Origin: a virus
Lineage: Duplodnaviria; Caudoviricetes
Length of the DNA stretch: 64,000 nucleotides
Virus record (IMG/VR): IMGVR_UViG_3300033075_000861
Span: 20,291 to 84,290 of that record
Strand: one strand, 5' to 3'
A model generated the notes under the pieces. That model saw nothing but the letters and a program-made list of their open reading frames with translations, did no database searches and was not told the origin of the DNA. Numbering within the stretch: position 1 is the stretch's first letter; each line of letters starts with the position of its first letter. Shown in pieces: positions 51,564-61,264 of the stretch. The translations under genes were made by a program, and so were the position numbers.

Positions 51564-53963
51564 TCAGAAGTTTGAGGCGTTCTCGGTGAACGAGCCGGTG
51601 CGGTTCACGGAGAACTGGATGTACATGAACTCGACAGCCCTGGCAGGCTGCACGCCGATGTTCGCACGGAACTCGTTCCTGTCGATCACGTCCGCAGTGT
51701 TCAACTCAGGACCGGCGTCGATGATGAACGCGGTCAGACCACGCCCGATCTTGACGGAGTTCAGGATGTCAGTGGCGAGCCTAACGAACTCAGCCTGGAA
51801 GATCGCGTCGTTCGGATCGAACAGCAGCGTCCTAGACATCGTCCTGATCTGCTTCTCGATGGTGAACATCATCCGGCGGACGTTCACGCGGTCGAGAGCG
51901 GTTGGCAGCCTCTGTAGGGTCTTCTGGCCCCAGATGAGGAAGCCGTTCACGTCCACGAACTGGATGATGGGGTTGACACAGTTCCTGTTCCCATACATCT
52001 GGTCACGCTCAAGCTGCGTCGGACGGGAGAACACGTCCGTGATGCCAGGCACCTGACCCCTAGTGATACCCGCCGGGGCGAACCACGGAGCGGACAACTG
52101 GTCGGAGCGGGCGATGGCAGCCATCACAGCACCGGAAGGCGGGCACCATACGTCAACGCGGTTGTAGGTGTCCCTGACCTTAACCCACGGCCAGTACAAC
52201 GCCCCGAAGTCGCTATCGAACCTCTGAGTGTTGAGGGGGTGGGCACCGTTCTGCCAGGCGACAACCTCAGACACCGTCAGGCCGAAAGGCGGATCGACAA
52301 TGGCGAGGCAGTCCTGCCTGTAGTTCTGGCACACGTCCAGCATAGCCTGGACCACGGAGGTCGAGGCGTGGCCGGGGCAGGCCAGCAGGTCGATCTGGAT
52401 CTGCTCAGGCTCAGACAGAGCGTAGAGGCCGGTGTAACCGACCGCAGAGCCGATCAGAAGCTCGTCCTGCTTGTCCGGGTCAGACGGGATGCCGTCCGAA
52501 CCTACGACAGCACCCGAAACCGTGCTGTCACCCAACTGGTAGGTGCCGTCAGCCGGCGGGGCCGTCGTGTCGGTGTTGTCCGTCACCCTCAGGTAGTCGG
52601 ACACAAGCTGCAAGTACGTCTCGACGTAGAAGCGGCTGTTCGCGTCCTTCGTCAGGTTGCCCCAGGACTCGACCTGAACGCCGTTGTTGTAGACCTCGAT
52701 GGTGAAGACATTCGTCTGAGTGTCGTTCGTGATCTTGATCTGGGTTGCGTTGCCGTCCACGCCGGGCGAGTCAGCCTGGGCCGTGAAGCTGATGATGTTC
52801 GTGCTGTTGGCCGAGCCGATCAGGCGACCGAAGCTCGACAGGCCGGTGGCCGGGGTAATTTCGTCATAGGCAGCCGTACCACGCGGGCTGGTGCCTGTTG
52901 CGGTCGCGTGGCTGAAGCCGAAGATGTCGGCGGCGGTGCTGTCGCTCTTCACCAGCAGGCGGGCGTCCCGACCGCTGTGCAGAGTCCTAAGACCAACCTG
53001 ATCGCCGGTGGCGTAAGCCTCAAAGCCGCCCGGCAGGTCCGCCAGGGCCACGTCGTTGATGTAGTCAACCACGTCGGTGGCCGTCACCGTCGCGTCACCC
53101 TCAAGACCGCTCAGGTCAACCGTCTGAACCACGTTGTCGATGGTCACGTTGTCCGTGCCGTCAACGACCACGTTCAGGTACAGACCCGTCTCGCCAGACA
53201 GGTCGTAGTTGCCGGCAGAGTATGCCGTCGAGGGGTAACGGTCCTCGTCGCCCAGGTTCGACGCCTGCGTCATGCCCGAGCCGAGGCCCGTCACGCCGTT
53301 CACGCCGTACATGGAGTTCTGGACCGACACGAACTCAAGCTCGGCCTCGGGGCCATAGGCCCACAGGGTCTTCACGCCGATGTAGGTGTCGCCAAGGCCG
53401 TCGTCGTGGGCGAAGAACTCGATGCCGTCGTTCTCCGCGTCGATCTGCTCGTTCAACTCCGTCGCCAGGTCAGCAGCCGAGATACCGCTCAGGCCGGTCG
53501 CCAGGGCGACGAGCGTGCGGAAGTTCAGGTTGCCGTTCAGGCGGAAGCGGAAGAACTGGTTGTCGGTGAAGGTGTACGGGCCGGCGGTGTCCGAGTAGAC
53601 GATCAACTGACCGCCGGCTGCCGTCACAGGCACGCTGGCCGTCTTAGCCGCCTCGTCACTCACAGCGTCCTGATCGCCAACGCGGACGATAAAACACTGC
53701 GTGCCGGTCAGCAGGAACTGCTGGGCCGCGTAGACCATGTACGGGTCGCCCAACTCAGGATGCGGGTTGCCAAAGACCGTCGCCAACTGCCGAGCCGAAC
53801 TTACGACGGTCGGGATGTTGATCGGACCCTTGCTGGCGAAACCCACCAACCCGGCCACAGCACCAGAAGCGGCGAGCGGCGGAACGAAGCTCAAGTCCTG
53901 TTCAGCGATCCGCACACTGGGACTGATCGTGTTGGAAGGGGGGAAGCCCTTGAGAATAGCCAT
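51564..53963 (-). CDS. gp18: Tail sheath protein (gp18)
   Basis: SPSVRIAEQDLS, WFAPAGITRG, WGQKTL, DRVNVRR. Confidence 0.92.
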   Translation of the reverse strand: MAILKGFPPSNTISPSVRIAEQDLSFVPPLAASGAVAGLVGFASKGPINIPTVVSSARQLATVFGNPHPELGDPYMVYAAQQFLLTGTQCFIVRVGDQDAVSDEAAKTASVPVTAAGGQLIVYSDTAGPYTFTDNQFFRFRLNGNLNFRTLVALATGLSGISAADLATELNEQIDAENDGIEFFAHDDGLGDTYIGVKTLWAYGPEAELEFVSVQNSMYGVNGVTGLGSGMTQASNLGDEDRYPSTAYSAGNYDLSGETGLYLNVVVDGTDNVTIDNVVQTVDLSGLEGDATVTATDVVDYINDVALADLPGGFEAYATGDQVGLRTLHSGRDARLLVKSDSTAADIFGFSHATATGTSPRGTAAYDEITPATGLSSFGRLIGSANSTNIISFTAQADSPGVDGNATQIKITNDTQTNVFTIEVYNNGVQVESWGNLTKDANSRFYVETYLQLVSDYLRVTDNTDTTAPPADGTYQLGDSTVSGAVVGSDGIPSDPDKQDELLIGSAVGYTGLYALSEPEQIQIDLLACPGHASTSVVQAMLDVCQNYRQDCLAIVDPPFGLTVSEVVAWQNGAHPLNTQRFDSDFGALYWPWVKVRDTYNRVDVWCPPSGAVMAAIARSDQLSAPWFAPAGITRGQVPGITDVFSRPTQLERDQMYGNRNCVNPIIQFVDVNGFLIWGQKTLQRLPTALDRVNVRRMMFTIEKQIRTMSRTLLFDPNDAIFQAEFVRLATDILNSVKIGRGLTAFIIDAGPELNTADVIDRNEFRANIGVQPARAVEFMYIQFSVNRTGSFTENASNF

Positions 53964-53965
53964 CT

Positions 53966-54187
53966 TTACTCTCCCTTTGGTAGCTTGTTCTTAACGTGCC
54001 TCACGGAAATCAATCCCATCTTTTCCGCTCGCCCGACGTACTCGGTCATTAGCTCGTCATCGATGAGAGCGACGTTGTGACCCGCCCCCACCCCAGGCAC
54101 ATTAAGGGTGGTGAAGGACTTCGGTGCCCGGCGTGACCGCACGACCACCTGCACTGGGAACTTCTTCCGGTTTCGGATTTCAATCAT
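53966..54187 (-). CDS. Small hypothetical protein
   Basis: Coupled between gp15-like and sheath genes. Confidence 0.55.
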   Translation of the reverse strand: MIEIRNRKKFPVQVVVRSRRAPKSFTTLNVPGVGAGHNVALIDDELMTEYVGRAEKMGLISVRHVKNKLPKGE

Positions 54188-55178
54188 CTCTCAGTTCCTC
54201 TACTGCTTCGACTAGCTCGCTCAGAACAGATGAGACTTCCGTGTCGTCCCCCTCGTTCATCCCCACCCTTATCTTGAGGACAGCCTTCTTCCTCTCGATG
54301 GGCTGTGGTATGTAGGTCTTGGCGGTTAAATTGAACTGGTACTTCAGCACCCTCAATTTCTCGCCAGGCTCGGTGTCGAGGTTATTAGCCCTGGAGTCGA
54401 TCTGGGCCGTCGATTCCCAGTACACTCCCCTCACGCTTAGGTATGCAAGAGGGTTGCATTTTAGCTCGATCTGTTCGACAATTTGGTTCATGTCCTCCCA
54501 GTACAGCGTCCAGACGTAGAGGTTGTAGCTGATGTTGATCGGGATGCCTCGGGAGACGCCGAAGACCGTGTCCCGTTCATAGACCTCGTCCTGGGTGAAC
54601 CCAGGCTTCATGTCTTCCCTAAGCTCCCTCAGGTACGTCTGGGCCTTATGGTAGGTGTACCGCTCCGGGTCGAAGTCGTGCCCCGCCGAGTGGACCGCGA
54701 TCATAGGCAGCTTGATGCGGTCGGTAACAAGGCTGTCGTCTTTGCGGACGTTCTCCTGCAAGACGGCGGCGACCGCCTTCTCCTGCGAACCCCACATGAT
54801 CGGCACCTTGTGGACCGTCCCGGCCTCGTCCTTGACGATGATGTCGCTGAAGAGGTCCAGCATCGCGTCGTCGGCCCCACGGAACGCCTGTGGCGAGCGG
54901 TAGATGAACTGTCGGTTGCCGTCCGGTAGGTTGACGACCTGGCCCGTCATGATCGGATCGCAGTTCGCGTTGAACCCGTAGCCGGTCTTCTTCAGCGATG
55001 CCTCGCGGAGCCAGGCGAGGTTCGGCAGCGTGCTATGCACCTCACGCTGGCTCTCCTCGGGAGTCTCCTCCTGGCACTGCGGCGGCGGTGCGTCCTCATT
55101 CAGCAGGTTCTGAAGGAACGTCTTATCCTGGCAGCCAGCCAGGTTCTGCTGGTTGTGTTCTCCACTGAACTTGGTCAC
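54180..55178 (-). CDS. gp15-like tail completion/sheath stabilizer
   Basis: VPIMWGSQEK, LPMIA, PINISYNLYVWT..DMNQIVEQI. Confidence 0.7.
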   Translation of the reverse strand: MTKFSGEHNQQNLAGCQDKTFLQNLLNEDAPPPQCQEETPEESQREVHSTLPNLAWLREASLKKTGYGFNANCDPIMTGQVVNLPDGNRQFIYRSPQAFRGADDAMLDLFSDIIVKDEAGTVHKVPIMWGSQEKAVAAVLQENVRKDDSLVTDRIKLPMIAVHSAGHDFDPERYTYHKAQTYLRELREDMKPGFTQDEVYERDTVFGVSRGIPINISYNLYVWTLYWEDMNQIVEQIELKCNPLAYLSVRGVYWESTAQIDSRANNLDTEPGEKLRVLKYQFNLTAKTYIPQPIERKKAVLKIRVGMNEGDDTEVSSVLSELVEAVEELRDD

Positions 55179-55211
55179 TGGGACTTACCTCCGGTACACT
55201 TCTAGTTAGGG

Positions 55212-56225
55212 GTGATGGCAGGAAACTTGGGAGAGATCATGAACAAGACGAAAGTGCTGTGGCGGTCTTGGTACAAGGGGCTGGCACCGCAGCCTATCAA
55301 ACTCCAGATCCCCGGCTGGGCAGGCGTGGACAAGAACCACAAAGATGGTGCCACACCCCAGCCCTGGCACTGCCCTCCTTTTGTGGACGGCTCGACCTAC
55401 GGGCTTGAGCTTCTCTACCCGTTCGACAACGACTGCTACGTCTGCATGAGGAATGGCAAGATCCACTTCGACGGAGACTTCTCGGAAGAGACTCAAGCGT
55501 TCCTGAACGGCCCCCCGTTCAAAGAGTTCGCCCCGCACCACTACGGGTTCACCTCGTCGCTGGACCTATTAGTGGACGAGGACTCGGTCGTGAGAATCGA
55601 GCCTCATCCGCGTTACTACACCGACGTAGGAGGCACCTGCCCCTGCCCCGTCCCAGGACACATCCACACCGCCTTCTGGCCCAAGATTTTCTTCGTCGTC
55701 TTCAAATCGCCACTCCCCGGTCAGACCCACGTCTTCAGGAAGGGCGAACCCTACGCCCAGATCCTTATCCTGCCAAGGAAGGCCCACTACGAGATCGTCA
55801 GGATGACCGAGGAGGAGTCGAAGGAGAGGCAGCGGATGTGCGACACCATCACGCGGTGCCAGAACGAGATCGCCAAGAACAAGTGGGTGGACAACGCCGG
55901 TAACCATTTCGATGACAAGTACAAGGTGCTTCAGTCTGCCTTCCTGAAGGAGGGCCACGCTGGCGTCGAGAGGACGCTGGACCACGCGGAGAAGGTCCAC
56001 ACCGCGAAGAAGGAAGCTGCTGAGAGCAGGAAGAAGAGGTTCAAGAGAAGGTTGGTGGCTATCCGTGATGAAACACTTTCCAATCCGCAAGGGTTCTCGC
56101 CGTCGCTCGACCTACATCTTGGAGATACGGGGCTGCCTGAGGAAGCCCCGTATACCTTTGAGGTTTGTCCCGCCGAAAGGCAGGCGGCTGAGGGTCAAGC
56201 GGGAGAGCCTGGTGCTGAGGATTAA
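55212..56225 (+). CDS. Hypothetical protein
   Basis: HCPPFVDGSTYGLELLYP, FRKGEPYAQI. Confidence 0.6.
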   Translation: MMAGNLGEIMNKTKVLWRSWYKGLAPQPIKLQIPGWAGVDKNHKDGATPQPWHCPPFVDGSTYGLELLYPFDNDCYVCMRNGKIHFDGDFSEETQAFLNGPPFKEFAPHHYGFTSSLDLLVDEDSVVRIEPHPRYYTDVGGTCPCPVPGHIHTAFWPKIFFVVFKSPLPGQTHVFRKGEPYAQILILPRKAHYEIVRMTEEESKERQRMCDTITRCQNEIAKNKWVDNAGNHFDDKYKVLQSAFLKEGHAGVERTLDHAEKVHTAKKEAAESRKKRFKRRLVAIRDETLSNPQGFSPSLDLHLGDTGLPEEAPYTFEVCPAERQAAEGQAGEPGAED

Positions 56226-56779
56226 CGCCCCCGTATCAGACTTCCCTCGTTTAGCTTGAAGTCCGGCGTCTTCTGGGTGACGTTGCCCTCGCCCGTCGTG
56301 GCCGACTCTTGGAACCTCTGGCACATCAGCACTAGCCGTAGCTCGCCCCACAGCTTGAACTCGCCCACGTTCCTCTGGACGATGATCCAGTTCTCCCGTT
56401 TGTGCGGGGTCCATAGCCGCGAGCCGATCTTGGGTGGGTGGCCGATGGCCCTCAGGACCGAGCGGTAGTTGAACTCCATCTGCACCTCGTCCGGGGAGTC
56501 GATGCCGAAGACGTTCTGGAACTGCTGCTGCGGGATTGGGTCGTAGAAGCCGTAAAGCTCGACGCCCTCGTCCGCGTAGACCTTCGACCTCGACTCGCGG
56601 TAAAGTGGGTCCACCGTGTTCGGGTCGATGAAGACTTCGTGGTAGAAGATCGGGCTTCCGCCGATCTTGATGACCTCCTCGTCCCAGAGGTTGAAGAGGT
56701 CGTGTTCGGGGTTTTGGGGGTCGAACTGTTGCAGCGACCCCGCAACCCGGTACGGCGTTCCGTCGCAGTTTCGGATCAT
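56222..56779 (-). CDS. gp14-like neck/head-closure protein
   Basis: DEEVIKIGGSPIFYH, DPLYRE, FGI. Confidence 0.7.
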   Translation of the reverse strand: MIRNCDGTPYRVAGSLQQFDPQNPEHDLFNLWDEEVIKIGGSPIFYHEVFIDPNTVDPLYRESRSKVYADEGVELYGFYDPIPQQQFQNVFGIDSPDEVQMEFNYRSVLRAIGHPPKIGSRLWTPHKRENWIIVQRNVGEFKLWGELRLVLMCQRFQESATTGEGNVTQKTPDFKLNEGSLIRGR

Positions 56780-56783
56780 GCCC

Positions 56784-56790
56784 TATGTAG
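56784..56790 (-). promoter_or_regulatory. Putative late promoter CTACATA
   Basis: 4 nt upstream of the gp14-like ATG. Confidence 0.6.
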
Positions 56791-56795
56791 CACGA

Positions 56796-57353
56796 TCAGC
56801 CGTGGTTCTGATTCGGGCTGACCAGCAGAGACGGGTTCTGGGCCATGATCTGCATCTTCAGATCCTCCAGACGCCGCCTCCTCTCCTCATGGTACTCCAC
56901 CTCGGTCGGCTTCACGTTCCACTGGCATAGCTCGATCCGGGTGTCGTCCGTGCGGACGGGCACGAACAGGGTGCCGATGGAGTCGGGCAGCCTCTGGAGG
57001 GTCGGCTTGAAGCGTTCCTTCAGACGCTCCACGAACGCCTCGGCCTTGAAGGGCGGCAGGGCACCGACGTTGATGTAGAAGATGAGCAGCCCCTCCAGGG
57101 TGCCCTTGCCGTGGTCCTCGGTGCGGGCCGCATCGCCCAGCGTCGATTCCACGGACTCCTTCTTCTGCTCACGCTCGGTTTCCAGCCGGACCTTCTCCTC
57201 GACCCTCTCCTTCTTCTTCCACTCCTCCATCCAGTGGGCCTGCTCCAGCCTCGCCTTGATGGACTCCTTCAACTCGTTCGTGAGGGCCTCGGCGGCTTCC
57301 GGGGACAGGTTGCTCACGTCGATGTTGAAGGTCTGGTACTTCTTCTGTTCCAT
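56796..57353 (-). CDS. Protein carrying a portal(gp20)-like segment
   Basis: IFYINVGALPPFKAEAFVERL resembles portal IFYIDVGNLPxxKAExY. Confidence 0.55.
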   Translation of the reverse strand: MEQKKYQTFNIDVSNLSPEAAEALTNELKESIKARLEQAHWMEEWKKKERVEEKVRLETEREQKKESVESTLGDAARTEDHGKGTLEGLLIFYINVGALPPFKAEAFVERLKERFKPTLQRLPDSIGTLFVPVRTDDTRIELCQWNVKPTEVEYHEERRRRLEDLKMQIMAQNPSLLVSPNQNHG

Positions 57354-57355
57354 TG

Positions 57356-57961
57356 TCAGATTTCCTCTTGGATGATGTTGATCGAACCACAGTCGGCACA
57401 CCGGCAGACCACCCCCTTGCCGTGGCGACCTTGCCTTAGCTGAAGGTTATCCAGTCGATTGTCATCCTTGATTCCGTTCTTGTGGTGGACCGTCTCCTCT
57501 TTGCGGAGCGGTCGCCCGAGATGCCTAGCCATGACCAGTCGATGCTCTAGGACGTAGCTGTCACTGGGCGAAGTCATGGACCCCAAAGGGTCGTCTTTTG
57601 ACAATGGCACCCTGACGTAGCCGCCGCAGTACTGCCGTCCACCTTTCCAAGATGGGTGGTCAGCACCACCCATTTTTACCGGAGATGTGAGGACGCCCTT
57701 GCGTCTAAGGAACTTGCCTACCCAGCACTGCGTCAGGTTGTAGGCCCTGGCGAGACTGCACTGGGACTCGCCGTCAAGCCATCTAGTGATGATCGCCTCT
57801 TCAGTGTCTTTGTCCAGCCGGATCGTCCTGGGCTTGTAGACACCTGCTTTCTTCAGCAACCGTGCCACGCGACGACGGGTAGTGCCCAACTCCCTCGCTG
57901 TCACCTCTGCTGAACCGTTGGCCGTGTAGACCTCGATCACTTTTGCTTCTTTTAGTTTCAT
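57356..57961 (-). CDS. HNH endonuclease
   Basis: YVLEHRLVMARHLGRPL...VHHKNGIKDDNRLDNL. Confidence 0.85.
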   Translation of the reverse strand: MKLKEAKVIEVYTANGSAEVTARELGTTRRRVARLLKKAGVYKPRTIRLDKDTEEAIITRWLDGESQCSLARAYNLTQCWVGKFLRRKGVLTSPVKMGGADHPSWKGGRQYCGGYVRVPLSKDDPLGSMTSPSDSYVLEHRLVMARHLGRPLRKEETVHHKNGIKDDNRLDNLQLRQGRHGKGVVCRCADCGSINIIQEEI

Positions 57962-57995
57962 GCCATAGAAGAGAAAGGTAAGATCGAAATTAAGC

Positions 57996-58385
57996 CTACG
58001 AGAGCGTCAGCTTAGGCGTTATGTTGATCTGACCGCCGCCGCTGGGCAGCGTGAAGGGGGCACCAGAGAATCGCTCGATCCACTGCAAGGCACCACCCGT
58101 ATTGACAAGGTAGTAACCGTAGGCGTTGACTGCGGTGGTGAACGTGAAGGTCTGCTCGCTGTGCGTCCCGGTGGTCACGCCGCTCGGCTGCGTGATCGTC
58201 CACCCGCCACCTGCGAGCGTGATCTCGGCATAGCCGGCCTGCTGCGTAGCCTCGGTCACCCCAGTCAATACCGTGTTCTGGTCGGGGGTGATATCGTTGG
58301 TGAACAGCTTGAGGATCAAGCTCTGCGTCGAGAGCAGGTACGACAGCAGGGATGATTCGGCTGTTAGTGGTGTGACAATCGCCAT
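57996..58385 (-). CDS. Putative virion structural protein
   Basis: LKLFTND..P, YGYY, ITPKLTL; Thr/Gly-rich. Confidence 0.6.
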   Translation of the reverse strand: MAIVTPLTAESSLLSYLLSTQSLILKLFTNDITPDQNTVLTGVTEATQQAGYAEITLAGGGWTITQPSGVTTGTHSEQTFTFTTAVNAYGYYLVNTGGALQWIERFSGAPFTLPSGGGQINITPKLTLS

Positions 58386-58429
58386 ACTTCTCCTTGGGTT
58401 ATCCTGGCCTGGACCCCACTATCTAGGTC

Positions 58430-59092
58430 GTGGCACTAAGAAATAGAGACGGCTCGGTCTTCAAGCTCCGAGGCCCTAACCCCATCATGATCAAGCAGTC
58501 CCTCTGGTCGGAGAAGAGCGTCAAGCTCGTCAACTGCCGCTGGAAGTACCTCCCTGTTGGTGAAACAACCCAGCCGGCCCCCGCACCAAGGGTTGAGCCG
58601 AGGAGGGCGATGACCGTGATTCAGGAGCCGCCCACCACGCTCTCCGCACCGCAGCCTCAGCCCGAGCCGAGCCAACCCAGGAGTTTTTACGGCGACGACG
58701 TGAGTCCGCTCGACGTGCCGATCATCCCCTCGCTCACGCAGCAGATTCAGGACGGCGGCGTCCTCGCGGACATCCCCAAGGTCGCCATCCACTGCCTGCC
58801 GGCGGTTAGGATCGAACACGTCGATAAGACCTACGGGCAGAGGTACGCCACCCTCAGGACGGACTTCGGCAACAAGTTCGTGTTTGAGGCGGTGATGCTT
58901 GAGGAGCAGGATTTGGCAATCCAGTTCTGGACCACCTGCCAGCAGGTGACGGTGGGGTCGATCCTCTACCCCATGAACAAGGATAAGAGGTGGTGGAAGG
59001 TGAGGGACCGCGAGCCGAAGACGGGCGGTCTTCTGATGACCGCCGTCATCACCGACTTCAACCCTTCGTTTGGGGAACCACCGCAACCTTGA
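58430..59092 (+). CDS. Hypothetical protein
   Basis: 220-aa ORF, GTG start. Confidence 0.55.
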   Translation: MALRNRDGSVFKLRGPNPIMIKQSLWSEKSVKLVNCRWKYLPVGETTQPAPAPRVEPRRAMTVIQEPPTTLSAPQPQPEPSQPRSFYGDDVSPLDVPIIPSLTQQIQDGGVLADIPKVAIHCLPAVRIEHVDKTYGQRYATLRTDFGNKFVFEAVMLEEQDLAIQFWTTCQQVTVGSILYPMNKDKRWWKVRDREPKTGGLLMTAVITDFNPSFGEPPQP

Positions 59093-59336
59093 AGCCTAAC
59101 TCAGCCAGCTTCGCCTTGTGGTCCTCGACCGCCTTCAGGTAGCCGACCTCGTAGATTTCCACCAGCAGTCTGTTGAACAGGGTCAGGTCGGCCTCGGTGA
59201 CCAGGGGCACGCTCACGCGGTCGATCAGGTCCAGATAGGGCATGGCCTTGCCGCCGAGGATGTCGCCCAGGAGCTTCTTCAGCAAGTGGGCCTTGGGGTT
59301 CTGCATGTACTGAAGCCAGTTCGCGGCGTTACTCAC
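59058..59336 (-). CDS. Hypothetical protein
   Basis: GGAGG RBS, GTG start. Confidence 0.55.
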   Translation of the reverse strand: MSNAANWLQYMQNPKAHLLKKLLGDILGGKAMPYLDLIDRVSVPLVTEADLTLFNRLLVEIYEVGYLKAVEDHKAKLAELGFKVAVVPQTKG

Positions 59337-59484
59337 GCTTCTTCCTCCGCTTCTTCTTTCTCTTCGTCTTCTTGGGCAGGTCGCTGCACGCACCCCACAC
59401 TTGGTAGTCCGGCCCTCCCTCGCAGGAGCCTACGATGGCGTAGGTGCCCACCATTTCCTGCAACCACTGACGGAACGTCCTCAC
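59329..59484 (-). CDS. Small basic protein with MRTFRQWL start
   Basis: AAGGAGG RBS; shared N-terminal motif. Confidence 0.55.
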   Translation of the reverse strand: MRTFRQWLQEMVGTYAIVGSCEGGPDYQVWGACSDLPKKTKRKKKRRKKRE

Positions 59485-59548
59485 CCGTCCTCCTTTTAAC
59501 TGAGGGTGTGTCAGTAGATACCTCGTCACCCAGACAAACGGAGGCCCC

Positions 59549-60439
59549 ATGCCATTTTGCGGACAGAACACGATGTACATCTCGACGCCCACCCAGAAGG
59601 GCAACCCCTCCTGCGGCTCGGGCTGCGGGCCACGCTCGATCAACGACCCTATCGGGGTTAAGATGACCGCGAGGAAGTCCCGCGAGCAGGTCCGCGAGCA
59701 GTTGAAGGACTACGTCCTGCTCATGCTCGGTGCCCCGGTGGTGAAAGTGGAACTGGACGACCAGCAACTCGACGCGGCGGTGGACCTGGCCCTTCAGGTC
59801 TTTGAGGACTACGCGGGCCGCGACTACTTCGACTACTACGTCTTCAGGACGACCCCCGGCAAGTCGGTCTACACGATGCCCGGCGACGTGGGGCTGATCA
59901 GGAACGTCTTCTACAAGGAGACGGGCACCCTGGCCTTCCAGGCGTCTGACCTCGGCGGTGCGTTGCCCATCGAGTACTTCTACCCAGGCGGTGCCTATGG
60001 CTCGGTCCAGGGCGGTCTGATGGACCCCACCCAGCCCATGTGGGGACGCATGGGGGAGTGGACCCTCTACAAGCAGTACGAGCAGATGTACTCACGCCTA
60101 AGCTCCAACCTGGGCGGCTGGGAGTGGATCGGCGGTCAGACGCCCGCCAAGATCAAGCTCTACCCGATCCCCTGCCGCAGCCACCCCGTCGTCGTCCACT
60201 ACCTCCAGAGGAAGCCGGACTTCCGCCAGGTCACCCAGGCCATGCAGGAGGGTGCCCTTATCTTCGCCAAGGAGATGTTGGGCCGCGTCCGGTCGAAGTT
60301 CCAGAACCCGCCCGGCCCCAACGGCGGCGTGCAGCTTGACGGTGCGACCCTCCTTCAGGAGAGCCGCGAGGATATGAAGCAGTGGAAAGAAGACCTGATC
60401 AACAGGTACGGTGATTTGCCGTACATTTCGATGGACTGA
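59549..60439 (+). CDS. gp13-like neck protein
   Basis: LKDYVLLMLGAPVVKVELDDQQ, GGVQLDG; start codon uncertain. Confidence 0.75.
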   Translation: MPFCGQNTMYISTPTQKGNPSCGSGCGPRSINDPIGVKMTARKSREQVREQLKDYVLLMLGAPVVKVELDDQQLDAAVDLALQVFEDYAGRDYFDYYVFRTTPGKSVYTMPGDVGLIRNVFYKETGTLAFQASDLGGALPIEYFYPGGAYGSVQGGLMDPTQPMWGRMGEWTLYKQYEQMYSRLSSNLGGWEWIGGQTPAKIKLYPIPCRSHPVVVHYLQRKPDFRQVTQAMQEGALIFAKEMLGRVRSKFQNPPGPNGGVQLDGATLLQESREDMKQWKEDLINRYGDLPYISMD

Positions 60440-60514
60440 TGCCGCCGAATAAATGGGCTGCAACATAGAGCCGCTTGACACTCAGATAGCCCCGGCTAAG
60501 GTGGAGGTGTGACC

Positions 60515-61084
60515 ATGAACTTCCGAAAGTGGTTTGCGGAGAACGCGATGCCCCAAGACGACATGGTGGTGAGTTACACGGCTGCCGTCCTCGTTGACGG
60601 CGAGAGGGAGCGGATCATCGCCGCCCTCGCCCCGCTGCTGGACCCTCTGAAGGAGGCCGGCTGGAAGTTCCAGAACCGCGACGGCTCCGAGATCCTGCCT
60701 CACCACCGCACTATTCTTTTCCCCGGCGGACTGCCTGGGGAGTACCACTCCCTGGTGGGGACCAAGCAGACGCTGAAGGTCATCGGTTACGGCCAGAGCG
60801 ACCTCGCGGCGGCGTGCCTGGTCGAGGACGACCTGCCGGTCCTCAGCCGCGAGGGTGGGCCGAAGCACATCACCATCTGCGTCGAGCCGACCAGGGGACA
60901 GCCGTTCCACTCCAACAAGATCACCGAGTGGCGTATGCTGGAAGAACTCGGCCTCCAGCCGTTCACCGTGCTGACGGAGGTGGAGGAGATCAAGAAGCCA
61001 AGGAGGCCAGCCGGTGATCCGCCTGCGAATCGACCGTCAGTCCCCGCCCCAGGAGTCATGGGCGGAAGTCCAGACCTTCGCTAA
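60515..61084 (+). CDS. 2H phosphoesterase
   Basis: Two HxT motifs (HHRTI, KHITI) with typical spacing. Confidence 0.75.
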   Translation: MNFRKWFAENAMPQDDMVVSYTAAVLVDGERERIIAALAPLLDPLKEAGWKFQNRDGSEILPHHRTILFPGGLPGEYHSLVGTKQTLKVIGYGQSDLAAACLVEDDLPVLSREGGPKHITICVEPTRGQPFHSNKITEWRMLEELGLQPFTVLTEVEEIKKPRRPAGDPPANRPSVPAPGVMGGSPDLR

Positions 61085-61264
61085 CCAGAAAGTCAAGCTG
61101 CACTACCGATGGCTCTGGCTCATCCCCCGCTACGACGTGGCGGATGAGCCTAGGAGCCAAACGCTCCTGGGCGAGTGCATCCGCACGGCCAGGGGCATGC
61201 AGGAGCAGGACGACAAGTCAGTTTATCGCGTGGTCCAGATCCTTGAGGGTGAGGAGCGAATCCT

